Of a DNA stretch of 64,000 bases, positions 1-11,319 are shown one piece after another (position 1 is the stretch's first letter; every line of letters begins with the position of its first letter). Under the pieces are notes generated by a model. That model had not been told where the DNA came from. It made no database searches and was given only the letters and a program-made list of their open reading frames with translations. The position numbers and the translations under genes are program-made. The stretch is from a bacterium. Lineage in GTDB: Bacteria; Sysuimicrobiota; Sysuimicrobiia; Sysuimicrobiales; Segetimicrobiaceae. The DNA is taken from positions 1,329 through 65,328 of the forward strand of contig DASSJF010000061.1 in assembly GCA_035691305.1 (NCBI GenBank), written 5' to 3'.

Positions 1-1144
1 GGGACGGGTCGTGAACTCGCTCAGCAACCCGCCCGTGGCCTTCTGGAGCGACCGCAGCCGCACGCGGTGGGGCCGGCGCCGCCCGTTTATCGCCGTGGGC
101 GCCCCTGCCCTGGCGGTCTGCTTCGTGCTCTTGTGGTTGCCGCCGCGCGCCCCGCAGGGAGTGCTCTTCGCGTACGCCGCGGGGACGCTCGCGGCGTTTT
201 TCTTCCTGTTCTCGTTCGTGATGAACCCGTACGCCGCGATGCTTCCGGAGATCACGCCCGGCGGCCGCGGCCGGGCGGCGGCCGCGGCCTGGCAGGCCGG
301 CGGATCGCTCGGCGGCGTCGGGGTCACCATGATCGCCTCGGCGTGGCTGATCCGGCGCTGGGGCTTCGGGGGAATGGGCGCGGCGCTCGCCGCACTCGCC
401 CTCGCCGCGCTGTGGATCGTCGCGGGAGGCGTCCGCAATGAAGAGACGCCGGGAAGAACCGAGACGCGGCCGGGAACGTTTTGGCGCGAGATCGGCGCGG
501 TGCTGCGCCACCGCGGCTACCGGATCTATTTGCTCTCGCTCGCGCTGCTCTGGCTCGGTACGAGCATGGTCAACACGGTCGCCGTTTACGTCGTCACGGT
601 GCTGATGGGCCTGCCGCGGGACCAGGTCGCGGTGGCGCTCGGCGCCGTCTTCGCTTGTACCGTGGCTGTCCTGCCGCTTCTCGGGCGCCTGACTCGGGCG
701 CTCGGGACCGCGCGGGCGCTGACGTGGACGCTCGCGGCCGCCACCGTGGTGGTCCCGCTGATCGGCGCGATCGGGCTCCGCGGCACGCCGTCCGCGGCGG
801 CCGCGCAAGGGTACACGCTGATCGTGCTCGCCGCGGCGCCGCTCGCCGGCCTGCTCGTGTTGCCGAACGTGCTGATCGCGGACATCGCGGAGTCGGACGC
901 GCGGATCACCGGCCGCGCGCGGGAGGGAATGTTCTACGCGGTGCAGGGACTGGTGCTCAACGGCGCGACCGCCCTCTCCTCGGCCCTGCTCGGCGTGGTG
1001 CTCAGCCTCGGCTACAGCCGGGGGCACACCATCGGCCTGCGCCTTATTCCGGCTCTGGCAGGGGTGTGTACGCTGGCCGCGTTGGTGGTGTTTCGAGCGT
1101 ATCCGCGCGCGGACGCGGGCCCTCGAGGTGGCCCGTCTGGTTGA
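1..1144 (+). CDS. MFS transporter of the GPH (glycoside-pentoside-hexuronide:cation symporter) family; 5'-partial, N-terminus lies upstream of the window
   Basis: Frame is open from the window edge. 'DRSRTRWGRRRPFI' matches the GPH-family loop motif (D..GRRRP) that normally sits about 60 aa into the protein. Multiple hydrophobic TM segments. Confidence 0.7.
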   Translation, partial: GRVVNSLSNPPVAFWSDRSRTRWGRRRPFIAVGAPALAVCFVLLWLPPRAPQGVLFAYAAGTLAAFFFLFSFVMNPYAAMLPEITPGGRGRAAAAAWQAGGSLGGVGVTMIASAWLIRRWGFGGMGAALAALALAALWIVAGGVRNEETPGRTETRPGTFWREIGAVLRHRGYRIYLLSLALLWLGTSMVNTVAVYVVTVLMGLPRDQVAVALGAVFACTVAVLPLLGRLTRALGTARALTWTLAAATVVVPLIGAIGLRGTPSAAAAQGYTLIVLAAAPLAGLLVLPNVLIADIAESDARITGRAREGMFYAVQGLVLNGATALSSALLGVVLSLGYSRGHTIGLRLIPALAGVCTLAALVVFRAYPRADAGPRGGPSG

Positions 1145-1724
1145 AGGCGGCGACGCGCACCGCGTCTCCGTCCCACTCGAGCACGTTGAAGGCCGCGTTG
1201 TCCTGCGCCATGCGTCCGTAGGACTCGAGCGGCAGCCCGAGCACGCTCAGGAGCACGGCCTTGTTCACGGCGCCGTGCGCCACGATCGCAATGGTCTCGC
1301 CGGGATGCGCCGCGATGATCGCCCGCACCGCGGGCAGCACGCGGGCGCGCACGTCGCCGATCGTCTCGCCGCCCTGCGGCGCGACGCGGAGCGGGTCCCG
1401 CCGGCGGGCCGCAAGTTGCTCGGGATATCTGGCGGCAACCTCCCCAATCGTCAGGCCTTCCCACTTGCCGAGGGCGATCTCTTTGAGCGCGTCCACGGCG
1501 ACGACGGGCAGACGGTGCGGCGCCGCGATCGCGGCGGCGGTGTCGCGGGCCCGGGACAGCGGGCTGCTGTACACGGCGCGAAACGGGACCCCGGCCAGCG
1601 CGCGCGCCAGCCGGTCGACCTGTGCGCGTCCGGTGCCGGAGAGCGGGCTGTCGCACTGGCCCTGCAGCCGCTCCTCGGCATTCCAGCCGGTCTGGCCGTG
1701 CCGGATCAGGTAGACGCGGGTCAG
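1044..1724 (-). CDS. Histidine phosphatase (phosphoglycerate mutase family) protein
   Basis: The reading frame is open upstream of the tracked GTG and encodes 'RVYLIRHGQTGWN', the RHG catalytic motif of the PGM/histidine phosphatase family. There is no ATG/GTG/TTG in that extension, so a CTG start (1722-1724) is possible: it follows a GGAGAG Shine-Dalgarno and overlaps the tatA stop as 'CTGA'. The start is uncertain. Confidence 0.6.
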   Translation of the reverse strand: MTRVYLIRHGQTGWNAEERLQGQCDSPLSGTGRAQVDRLARALAGVPFRAVYSSPLSRARDTAAAIAAPHRLPVVAVDALKEIALGKWEGLTIGEVAARYPEQLAARRRDPLRVAPQGGETIGDVRARVLPAVRAIIAAHPGETIAIVAHGAVNKAVLLSVLGLPLESYGRMAQDNAAFNVLEWDGDAVRVAAFNQTGHLEGPRPRADTLETPPTRPAYTPLPEPE

Positions 1725-2164
1725 TGCGAGAGGCTCTCCTTCAACGCGGCGGCGCTCGGCTCCGACGCGAGCGAGGCCGCATCGTCCTCGGATGCCGCCG
1801 CCCCCGCGGACGCCGGCCCGGTGGATGCGTCGCCCGCGGGCGCACCGGCCTCGACCGACGCCGGATACGCCGAGACATCGGCCGCGTCCGGGGTGGCCGG
1901 TGTGCTCATCGCGGTGCCGTAATCGACGTCGGGAGCCGCGGGCGTCTCGAGCGACATAGACTCGGGCGAGGGCAGGGCCGGGGTGATGGTGTCAACGTGC
2001 TCCTGGACCGCCTGGCGAAACTCGTCGTGCGCGCCTCTCACAGCACTGCGGAAGTCGCGGATCGATCGGCCGAGCGACGCGCCCAGCGTGGCCAGCTTCG
2101 ACGGCCCGAAGATCAGGAGCGCGATCACGAACAGAATGAAGAGCTTCTCCGGATTGTCGAACAT
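1721..2164 (-). CDS. tatA: Sec-independent (twin-arginine) translocase subunit TatA/E family
   Basis: N-terminus 'MFDNPEKLFILFVIALLIFGPSKL' is the TatA TM-hinge signature. The C-terminal tail is Ala/Ser/Asp-rich and acidic. Confidence 0.85.
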   Translation of the reverse strand: MFDNPEKLFILFVIALLIFGPSKLATLGASLGRSIRDFRSAVRGAHDEFRQAVQEHVDTITPALPSPESMSLETPAAPDVDYGTAMSTPATPDAADVSAYPASVEAGAPAGDASTGPASAGAAASEDDAASLASEPSAAALKESLSH

Positions 2165-2214
2165 CGAACACCTCGTCCGAATTGGAACACACGGACAACC
2201 GCCGCATCCGCTCC

Positions 2215-2250
2215 ACAGAAAACGGCTGCGCCGCCCCGGGCGGTTCCCGT
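2215..2250 (-). terminator. Putative intrinsic terminator downstream of the metallopeptidase gene
   Basis: GC hairpin (CCGCCC..GGGCGG) followed on the minus strand by 'CCGTTTTCTG'. Confidence 0.3.
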
Positions 2251-2272
2251 CTTCAATTGTAGCGTATGACGC

Positions 2273-2806
2273 TTAGGTCCGGCGGGCCCGACCGCGCACC
2301 GGCCGTGCCGGCGCGCTACGGTGCCCGCGCGGCGTGGCGGGCGACCGCGGCGAGATCGCGGCCATCGTCTTGCCGGCCGGCTGGGCCGGCAGCAGGCGCT
2401 CCCCGTCCCGCGCGTGGGACGTGCGTCCGGTCGTGGAGGCGAGGTACTGCTGGTAGAAGCGCTCGACGGTCCGGCGGTTAATGCGGAACGTCGGCGTCCG
2501 GTGCGGGCGAATCGCGCCGCTGAAAGTCCGCGGAATGTGCAGCAGCTCGTGGATCAGGATGCGGTCCTGCTCGTCCTCCGGCAGCCGGCTGAACTCCGGT
2601 TCGATGATCTCGACGACGTAGGCGGGCCCGATCTCCAGCACCTGCTGCCACAGGCTCGGCAGGCCCCAGATCCGAGCCCACGCTTCGGACGTCGAGCCGT
2701 ACCCACGGACGCAGAAGATCCGCGACGGATCCACGTGGGAGAACTCGAGCGCCCCGACAATCCGGCGGAGACGGTCGTGAGTGCGGCGGCAGAGCTCCCA
2801 GCGCAT
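2273..2806 (-). CDS. Putative zinc metallopeptidase (HExxH motif)
   Basis: 'ILIHELLHIP' HExxH motif within an approximately 120-aa conserved N-terminal region. The C-terminal tail is Arg/Pro-rich and may be read-through. Confidence 0.5.
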   Translation of the reverse strand: MRWELCRRTHDRLRRIVGALEFSHVDPSRIFCVRGYGSTSEAWARIWGLPSLWQQVLEIGPAYVVEIIEPEFSRLPEDEQDRILIHELLHIPRTFSGAIRPHRTPTFRINRRTVERFYQQYLASTTGRTSHARDGERLLPAQPAGKTMAAISPRSPATPRGHRSAPARPVRGRARRT

Positions 2807-2816
2807 CGGCCGACGG

Positions 2817-3332
2817 TCAGCGGCCGGCTGCGCGCCCGCGGTGTGTAGGGGCGGCGGCCGGCGCCGAGATCATCTTGCGGCCGAGGTTGCGGATCAGCAG
2901 GATCTGGCCGCGATGATACCCGAGGTGCTCGAGGTAGTGCAGCAACGCCCAGTACCTGGTCGGCTGTTCCGGAGACGAGAGGCGCTTGGTCTTGGCGGGC
3001 ACCGGCAAGGCGAGGTCGGCCGCGGTCACGCCGCTCAACACGCGCCGCGTCAGCGCCCTGGCCTCTTCGACCGCGCGCAGCACGGCGCCGCGCGGCGGAT
3101 CGTCGTGCACGAACTCCGCGTCGCGGTTGCGGTGGGCCGGTACGCCGCCGATCTGCTCGCCGATCCACCACCGCTCACTGCCGGCGAGGTGGCGCAGCAG
3201 AATCGCGGCGGAATTAAACTCGGGACCGGGACACCACTGAAAGAGGCCGTCGTCGATTTCGCGCACGGCGGCGAGGAGCGACTCCCATACGTCGTCGAGG
3301 TGTTCCTGAATTGCCGCGACACCGGCATCCAT
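2817..3332 (-). CDS. DinB/YfiT-like (DinB_2) putative metal-dependent hydrolase
   Basis: 'ILLRHLAGSERWW' and 'LLHYLEHLGYHRGQI' match the DinB_2 four-helix-bundle His motifs. Confidence 0.6.
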   Translation of the reverse strand: MDAGVAAIQEHLDDVWESLLAAVREIDDGLFQWCPGPEFNSAAILLRHLAGSERWWIGEQIGGVPAHRNRDAEFVHDDPPRGAVLRAVEEARALTRRVLSGVTAADLALPVPAKTKRLSSPEQPTRYWALLHYLEHLGYHRGQILLIRNLGRKMISAPAAAPTHRGRAAGR

Positions 3333-3455
3333 CGCGCCGCACCTCCGGCGGGCTCCGTCGCGGAGACCTTCGGCCGCGCTCTCACTTCGCCGCGCGGGGC
3401 GCGTCCCCCCTGCTGAAAAATTTCGCGGGCGGCGCGCGCAGGCGATGCGGAACCG

Positions 3456-5894
3456 CTACGCTTCCGCGCTCTCCTCGCGCGTCACGATCGGCGCGATCGC
3501 CGACACGCGGTCGTTCGCGTCGAGCTTCTTGATGCGCACGCCCTGCGCCGCGCGGCCGTGCTTCGGAATATCGCTCACGCTCAGACGGCTCACGATCCCG
3601 CGCGCGGTGATCACCAGCACCTCGTCGCCGTCGCTCACGGCGCGCACCGCCACGACCGCGCCGGTCTTCGGCGTGAGGCGGATGTTCTTCACACCGCCGC
3701 CGCCGCGCGACTGCAGGCGGTACTCCTTCAGCGGCGTCCGCTTGCCCGATCCGAGCTCCGTCACCACGAGCAGATCCACGGCACCGGTGCTCACGGCCAT
3801 CCCGACGACGCGGTCCTCCTTGCCGAGCCGCATGCCGCGCACGCCGTGCGCCGCGCGCCCCATCTCGCGCACGTCGGCCTCCTTGAACCGGATCGCCTGG
3901 CCGCGCCGGCTGGCCAGCACGACCTCCTGTTTGCCGTCCGTGAACCGCACGCCGATCAACTCGTCGCCCTTGTCCAGGTTGATGGTCACGATGCCGGCGC
4001 GCTTCGCGTTCAGGAATTCCATGAGCCCGGTGCGTTTCACGTAGCCGCCGGCGGTGGCGAAGAAGAGATACCCTGCGTCCTCGAACGATCGGATGGGGAT
4101 GATCTCCGTGACGCGCTCGCCCTGCGCGAGCGCGATCAGATTGATGACGTTCGTGCCTTTCGCGGTCCGCCCGGCCTCCGGGATGTCGTAGGCCTTGACC
4201 CGGTAGACCTTGCCGCGGTTCGTGAAGAACAGGACGAACGCGTGGTTGGTGGTGACGGAGACGATCTCCACGTAGTCTTCTTCCTTCGTCTCCATCCCCA
4301 TCACGCCGCGGCCGCCGCGGCTTTGCCGCCGGTACGTATCGAGCGGCAGGCGCTTGATGTAGCCTTGGTGCGTGAGCGTGACCACGACGTCGGCGTCCGG
4401 GATCAGGTCCTCTTCCTCGAGCTCGGTCTCCTTGGCCCGGATCTGCGTCCGCCGTTCGTCGCCGTACTTCGCCTTGACCTCGTCGAGCTCGCTCTTGATG
4501 ATCGTCATCAGCCGCCGCGGGCTCTTGAGGATGTCCTCGTACTCGGCGATCGCCTTGATCAGCGCCTTGTACTCCTCGTCGATCTTCTCGCGTTCGAGCG
4601 CCGTCAGGCGCTGGAGGCGCATCTCGAGGATCGCGTCCGCCTGCGGCTCGCTCAGCTTGAACTGCTTCATCAGGCCGGCGCGCGCCGCCGGAACGTCTTT
4701 GGCCTTCCGGATCAGCGCGATCACCTCGTCGAGGAACTTGATCGCGATCTTGAGGCCTTCCAGGATGTGGGCGCGGGCCTTCGCCTTACGCAGCTCGAAC
4801 TCGGTGCGCTTCGTGACCACCGCGCGACGGTGGTCGAGGTAGTGGGTCAGCATCTGCCGCAGGGTCAGCACCCGCGGTACGCCGTCGACGAGCGCCAGCA
4901 TGATCGCGCCGAACGTCGTCTGCAGCTGGGTGTGCTTGAACAGCTGGTTCTGGAGGATCTGCGGGTTGACGTCCCGGCGCAACTCGATCACGATCCGCAT
5001 GCCCCGGCGGTCGCTCTCATCCCGCAGGTCCGAGACGCCGTTCAGCTTCTTGTCGCGCACGAGCTGGGCGATGCGCTCGATCAGCGCGGCCTTGTTCACC
5101 ATGTACGGCAGCTCGGTGACGATGATCGCGACACGGCCGCCGCGCAGCTCCTCGAGCGTCGTCGTCGCCCGGACCACCATGCTGCCGCGCCCTTCCAGAT
5201 AGGCCTGCTTGATGCCGTCCCGGCCGAGGATCTGCCCGCCGGTCGGAAAGTCCGGCCCCTTGACGATCTTCAGCAGGTCGGCGTCGGACAGCTTCGGTTC
5301 ATCGATCAGCGCCGCCAGCGCGTCGACGAGCTCGCCAAGGTTGTGGGGCGGGATGTTGGTCGCCATCCCGACCGCGATGCCGGCCGAGCCGTTCATCAAT
5401 AGGTTGGGCACCCGGCTCGGCAGGACGACGGGCTGCTTGAGGCTCTGGTCAAAATTGGGCTCGAACGGGACCGTCTCTTTGTCGATGTCGGCGAGCAGCT
5501 CCATCGCCATCCGCGAGAGCCGCGCCTCGGTGTAGCGCATCGCCCCCGGCGGATCGCCGTCGACGCTGCCGAAGTTTCCTTGACCGTCGATCAGCGGGTA
5601 GCGAAAGCTGAAGTCCTGCGCCATCCGGACGAGGGCTTCGTAGACCGGTACGTCGCCGTGCGGGTGGTAGCGGCCCATCACGTCGCCGACGACGCGGGCG
5701 CATTTGCGGTACGGCCGGTCGGGGGCAAGGCCCATCTCGGAGGCGCCGAACAGGATGCGCCGCTGCACCGGCTTGAGCCCGTCGCGCACGTCGGGCAGCG
5801 CCCGGCTGACGATGACGGACATCGCGTAGTCGAGATACGACGTACGCATCTCGCGGGCGATCGGTTGGGTAATGATCTTCTCTTCGGCGGCCAT
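3456..5894 (-). CDS. gyrA: DNA gyrase subunit A
   Basis: 812 aa. N-terminus '[30 protein letters not shown]' is the GyrA catalytic-Tyr region. The C-terminal beta-pinwheel repeats are present. Confidence 0.97.
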   Translation of the reverse strand: MAAEEKIITQPIAREMRTSYLDYAMSVIVSRALPDVRDGLKPVQRRILFGASEMGLAPDRPYRKCARVVGDVMGRYHPHGDVPVYEALVRMAQDFSFRYPLIDGQGNFGSVDGDPPGAMRYTEARLSRMAMELLADIDKETVPFEPNFDQSLKQPVVLPSRVPNLLMNGSAGIAVGMATNIPPHNLGELVDALAALIDEPKLSDADLLKIVKGPDFPTGGQILGRDGIKQAYLEGRGSMVVRATTTLEELRGGRVAIIVTELPYMVNKAALIERIAQLVRDKKLNGVSDLRDESDRRGMRIVIELRRDVNPQILQNQLFKHTQLQTTFGAIMLALVDGVPRVLTLRQMLTHYLDHRRAVVTKRTEFELRKAKARAHILEGLKIAIKFLDEVIALIRKAKDVPAARAGLMKQFKLSEPQADAILEMRLQRLTALEREKIDEEYKALIKAIAEYEDILKSPRRLMTIIKSELDEVKAKYGDERRTQIRAKETELEEEDLIPDADVVVTLTHQGYIKRLPLDTYRRQSRGGRGVMGMETKEEDYVEIVSVTTNHAFVLFFTNRGKVYRVKAYDIPEAGRTAKGTNVINLIALAQGERVTEIIPIRSFEDAGYLFFATAGGYVKRTGLMEFLNAKRAGIVTINLDKGDELIGVRFTDGKQEVVLASRRGQAIRFKEADVREMGRAAHGVRGMRLGKEDRVVGMAVSTGAVDLLVVTELGSGKRTPLKEYRLQSRGGGGVKNIRLTPKTGAVVAVRAVSDGDEVLVITARGIVSRLSVSDIPKHGRAAQGVRIKKLDANDRVSAIAPIVTREESAEA

Positions 5895-5907
5895 GGCGCG
5901 GCGGGCC

Positions 5908-7941
<2,034 letters not shown>

Positions 7942-8052
7942 TTATAGCATTACCTATAATAACGAAAAAACCGCCTCAGGTCAATCGGCCGAAAGTGGCG
8001 TCGCAACTGGATTTCAGCCATCGGACGCGGGCGGAACTTTAGCGGAGGAACG

Positions 8053-8322
8053 TCACGCGTCGGACCTGGCAAGTTCGGTCCCCGCGTTGGTCACCCGGCG
8101 GACAAGCGTCACAGGAGAAATCGCCGACTCATAGACTCCTCCGGTGGTCACTACTACGGCCTTGCGGTCATGAACGGGAACCTCGAACCGCATCAGGCCT
8201 TGGGCTCTCGCCCTCTCCACAAATCGTTCGTTATCGGAGTTTCCCGCGATCAGACGGGCATCGAAGATACCGATTATATCCGGGATCAGAAGGACGACTT
8301 CTCCGCCGATGTGCACGTACAC
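8053..8322 (-). CDS. DUF370 domain protein (RemA/RemB / YaaB-like)
   Basis: 89 aa. The 'IGGE..V....I..I......A..S........A...G.L........R..VV..GGV..SAI.P.TL..R' pattern matches DUF370. Its position between recF/dciA and gyrB matches B. subtilis yaaB (remB). Confidence 0.7.
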   Translation of the reverse strand: MYVHIGGEVVLLIPDIIGIFDARLIAGNSDNERFVERARAQGLMRFEVPVHDRKAVVVTTGGVYESAISPVTLVRRVTNAGTELARSDA

Positions 8323-8324
8323 GA

Positions 8325-8672
8325 TCAGGCTCGGGGACCGGTGCGATCGGCATTCGCCGCACCGCCACCGGACCCGTCGGATGCGCCGAGCGGACGCATC
8401 GTCAGCTGGATCTCCGCGATTACCCGCTCGCCGGCGCGAGCATTCAGCGCCTCGATCAACGCCGCCCGCTGCATGCCCAGTTCGTAGTAAACCGCAGGAT
8501 GGTCGGTGGCAACGACAAGAGTCTGGCCCCGAACACCGAGCGCGCGGGCATGGCGCGCCTTCGCCGGACCGATCACCACTGGCCAGGCCTCCAGCACGCT
8601 GCCCTGCCGGGCCCGACGCGGCCCGACGAGGCTCGAAAGCGCATCGGACAGCAGTTCCCTAAGCGTGTACAT
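8325..8672 (-). CDS. dciA: DciA (DUF721) replicative-helicase operation/loader protein
   Basis: 'LEAWPVVIGPAKARHARALGVRGQTLVVATDHPAVYYELGMQRAALIEALN' is DUF721-like. Its location between recF and gyrB is syntenic with Mycobacterium Rv0004. The start is taken at the internal Met (8672), which overlaps the recF stop. Confidence 0.75.
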   Translation of the reverse strand: MYTLRELLSDALSSLVGPRRARQGSVLEAWPVVIGPAKARHARALGVRGQTLVVATDHPAVYYELGMQRAALIEALNARAGERVIAEIQLTMRPLGASDGSGGGAANADRTGPRA

Positions 8673-9783
8673 CGGTGCCCGCCTCGATCGCACCACCGCG
8701 GACCATGAACATCCGGAGCGCGACGCCGGCCGCCGGCGGCGGCACCGTATGCGTCAGCAAGACCTGCGGCCCCTCGATCTCCCGCAGCAACATGATCTGG
8801 CGCGCCGGATCAAGGTCGGCGAGTACGTCGTCGAGCAGCAGCACGGGCCAGGTTCCGAGTTCGTCGCGCAAGATCTCCGCCTCGCCGAGCCTGAGACTGA
8901 GCGCGGCCGTGTGCTGCTGGCCTCGAGATCCGAAAGCCCGAAGATCGACGCCGTTCACGCCGATCCGCAGATCGTCGCGATGGGGCCCAACGAGGCTCGT
9001 CCGGCGGCGGTACTCCTCCGCGCGATGCCGGGCCAGCGCGCGCGCCAGCGCGGCGGCCTCACGGCCGTCGCCGGGGCCGGCCGAGACCGGCGCGGGGCCG
9101 CCGGGGTCGTCCGCCGTCGACGAGTAGGTCACGTCCAGCCCTTCGGAACCGTCCGAAACGCGCGCGTGCCGCTTCGCGGCCCGCGCCGCGAGCGCCCGCA
9201 CGAAACCGCGCCGGCGCTCCACCAACGTCGCCCCAAGGGCGACCAGTTGCTCGTCCCACGGCTCGAGCGCCGCACCACCGGCGCCCTCGCCGAGCAGCCG
9301 ATTGCGTTGTCGCACTACCCGGAGATACCGCGTGAGCGCGAAAAAATACGACGGGCTCGCCTGACTGAGCGCGGCATCGAGGAGCCGGCGCCGCGCTCCG
9401 GCCGCACCGCGGATCACGTCGCCGTCAAGCGGCCCCGCCAGCACAATCGCCATCCGACCAAGCAGTTGACCCCGCTGCACGACGACCCCATTGACCTTCA
9501 TGCGCTTCTCGCCCGTCGTACGATCGACGGCGATCTCAAGCACATCCGCCCGCGGATCACGCACCTCGGCCCGTACGTACGCCCGATCCTGGCCGAACCG
9601 CACGAGTTCAACGTCGGCCGAGGCACGAGGGCTCCGGCCGAGCGCCGCGGTGTAAACACTTTCAAGCAAGTTGCTCTTGCCCTGCGCGTTCGCGCCGACC
9701 AACACCGTGATGCCGGCCTCAAACGCGAGGTCCGTCGCCGCGTAGTTGCGAAAGTCCCGAAGCCGCAGCTCAGCGAGCCACAA
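8659..9783 (-). CDS. recF: DNA replication and repair protein RecF
   Basis: 'LRDFRNY' N-terminus and the Walker A 'GANAQGKSNLLESV'. 374 aa. Confidence 0.95.
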   Translation of the reverse strand: MWLAELRLRDFRNYAATDLAFEAGITVLVGANAQGKSNLLESVYTAALGRSPRASADVELVRFGQDRAYVRAEVRDPRADVLEIAVDRTTGEKRMKVNGVVVQRGQLLGRMAIVLAGPLDGDVIRGAAGARRRLLDAALSQASPSYFFALTRYLRVVRQRNRLLGEGAGGAALEPWDEQLVALGATLVERRRGFVRALAARAAKRHARVSDGSEGLDVTYSSTADDPGGPAPVSAGPGDGREAAALARALARHRAEEYRRRTSLVGPHRDDLRIGVNGVDLRAFGSRGQQHTAALSLRLGEAEILRDELGTWPVLLLDDVLADLDPARQIMLLREIEGPQVLLTHTVPPPAAGVALRMFMVRGGAIEAGTDVHA

Positions 9784-9975
9784 CGAGGTAATCCTTGCCT
9801 CCGGCGCCGACGCGGTCGCCCGGCGCGAGCTGCCGCCCGCGCCGTCGCTCGACGGCGCCGTTGACGCGCACGGCGCCCACTTGCACCATCTGTTTGGCGC
9901 GGCCGCCGGTGTCGGCGGCCCCCGCCCACTTTAAGAAATCGCCGAGGGTAATCCGCGGAGTCTCAATCTCCACTT
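9770..9975 (-). CDS. yaaA: S4-domain RNA-binding protein YaaA (RlbA-like)
   Basis: 'ITLGDFLKWAGAADTGGRAKQMVQVGAVRVNGAVERRRGRQLAPGDRV' is an S4-like fold. It lies between dnaN and recF as in Firmicutes. The start is set at the GTG just after the dnaN stop, because the upstream extension is Ser/Thr/Arg-rich junk. Confidence 0.7.
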
Positions 9976-9995
9976 CAACCGTCTCGGACTCCGGT

Positions 9996-11105
9996 CTACG
10001 AATAGACCCGAACGGGCGCGAGGACGTAGACATAGTCGGTGTTGTCGGTCGGGTGCAGCGCGCCCGGGCTGAGCGATCCGGTGAGATCGAAGTGGACGTC
10101 CGGCGCATCGATGTTCGTCAACGCGTCCATGAGAAACTTCGCGTTGAACGCAACCGGAATCGCGTCGCCCTCGACACGGACCTCGATGTCCTCCTGCGCC
10201 TTCCCAACATCCGGCGTGTTGGAAGAGATCGTGAGCGTGCCCTCCGCGGCGTTGAGGCGCACCACATTGGCGGAATCCTTCGCCGTGATGCTGGCCCGGC
10301 GCACACCGCGCAGCAGCCGTTCGGTACCGACCGTGATCCGCTGCTTGAACTCTTTTGGGATCACCTGTTCATAATTCGGGAACTGCCCGGCGATCAGTCT
10401 CGACACAAACCGCATACCCGGAAGCGAAAAGATGAGTTGGTTGTCGTGAGACGCCACCGAGACTTCGCCTTCAACCGAGCCGAGTACCCTCACCAGCTCC
10501 GCCATCGTCTTACTCGGCACGATCGCCGTAACTTTACCCCGGCCGGCGCCGCCCATCTTGGCGCGCCGCACCGCCAACCGGCCTCCGTCCGTCGCGACCA
10601 AGTGTCCTTGGTCACCGTCCACAACGAGGTAAACACCGGTCAGGAACGGTCTGGTTTCATCAGTCGATACGGCAAAACTGGTTTGACGAATCATCGTTCG
10701 TAGCAATCCGGCGTCAAATTTAACAACGACATTGCCTTCGCCGGATGGCATCAACGGGAAATCGCTGGCTGGTAGCCCTAAGATCTCAAACCGCACGTTT
10801 TCGGAGGTAATAACCGCTTTGGATTCACCCTCGGCAACCACCATTTCCAAGGGTGCCTCCGGTAGGTTCGTCACTATATCGGTAAGAATCCGTGCCGGAA
10901 GAGTAACGGCACCGCCTTCTTTGACTGTTCCAGAGACGTAGGCCTCAATACCGAGCTCGAGATCCGTAGCGGCGAGCTTCACGCCGTTTTTACTCGTTTC
11001 GACGAGTACGTTGCCGAGAATAGGCATACTAGCCCGTGGCGAGATGGCGCGGCCAACGGTTTGCACCGCTCTCAAAAGATTGTCTTGAGAGCATTTGAGG
11101 TGCAT
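9996..11105 (-). CDS. dnaN: DNA polymerase III beta sliding clamp
   Basis: 369 aa, three-domain beta-clamp. Begins 'MHLKCSQDNLLRAVQTVGRAI'. Confidence 0.95.
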   Translation of the reverse strand: MHLKCSQDNLLRAVQTVGRAISPRASMPILGNVLVETSKNGVKLAATDLELGIEAYVSGTVKEGGAVTLPARILTDIVTNLPEAPLEMVVAEGESKAVITSENVRFEILGLPASDFPLMPSGEGNVVVKFDAGLLRTMIRQTSFAVSTDETRPFLTGVYLVVDGDQGHLVATDGGRLAVRRAKMGGAGRGKVTAIVPSKTMAELVRVLGSVEGEVSVASHDNQLIFSLPGMRFVSRLIAGQFPNYEQVIPKEFKQRITVGTERLLRGVRRASITAKDSANVVRLNAAEGTLTISSNTPDVGKAQEDIEVRVEGDAIPVAFNAKFLMDALTNIDAPDVHFDLTGSLSPGALHPTDNTDYVYVLAPVRVYS

Positions 11106-11319
11106 TACTTACGCCCTCTCATAAGGTTTTCTTATATAAAGATTCGTCGTAATAGTAGTAGAACCTGTGGATTGTGTGAATATCGCCGGAGAGGCGCATC
11201 AGAAGGCGATTTTGCGCTGTGGATAACCAAATGGATGAAATTTCGCGGATGATCGGGGTTATCCCGATTGTCCCCCGATCGGTGTTTTTGACGGACACGC
11301 GCTCCTGATCGTGCACATA
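11106..11319. other. Candidate oriC (dnaA-dnaN intergenic): DnaA boxes plus an AT-rich unwinding element
   Basis: A perfect DnaA box TGTGGATAA (reverse complement of TTATCCACA) is at 11218-11226. Degenerate boxes are at 11166-11174 (TGTGGATTG) and 11259-11267 (TTATCCCGA). An AT-rich stretch at 11123-11160 ('ggttttcttatataaagattcgtcgtaatagtagta') interrupts an otherwise ~70% GC sequence. Confidence 0.6.

Noticed and set aside
3558-5402. 614-aa ORF on the plus strand
   Set aside because: Antisense to gyrA. His/Arg/Asp-rich low-complexity translation typical of the reverse frame of a high-GC gene.
8506-9864. 452-aa ORF on the plus strand
   Set aside because: Antisense to recF. Arg-rich, with no motifs.
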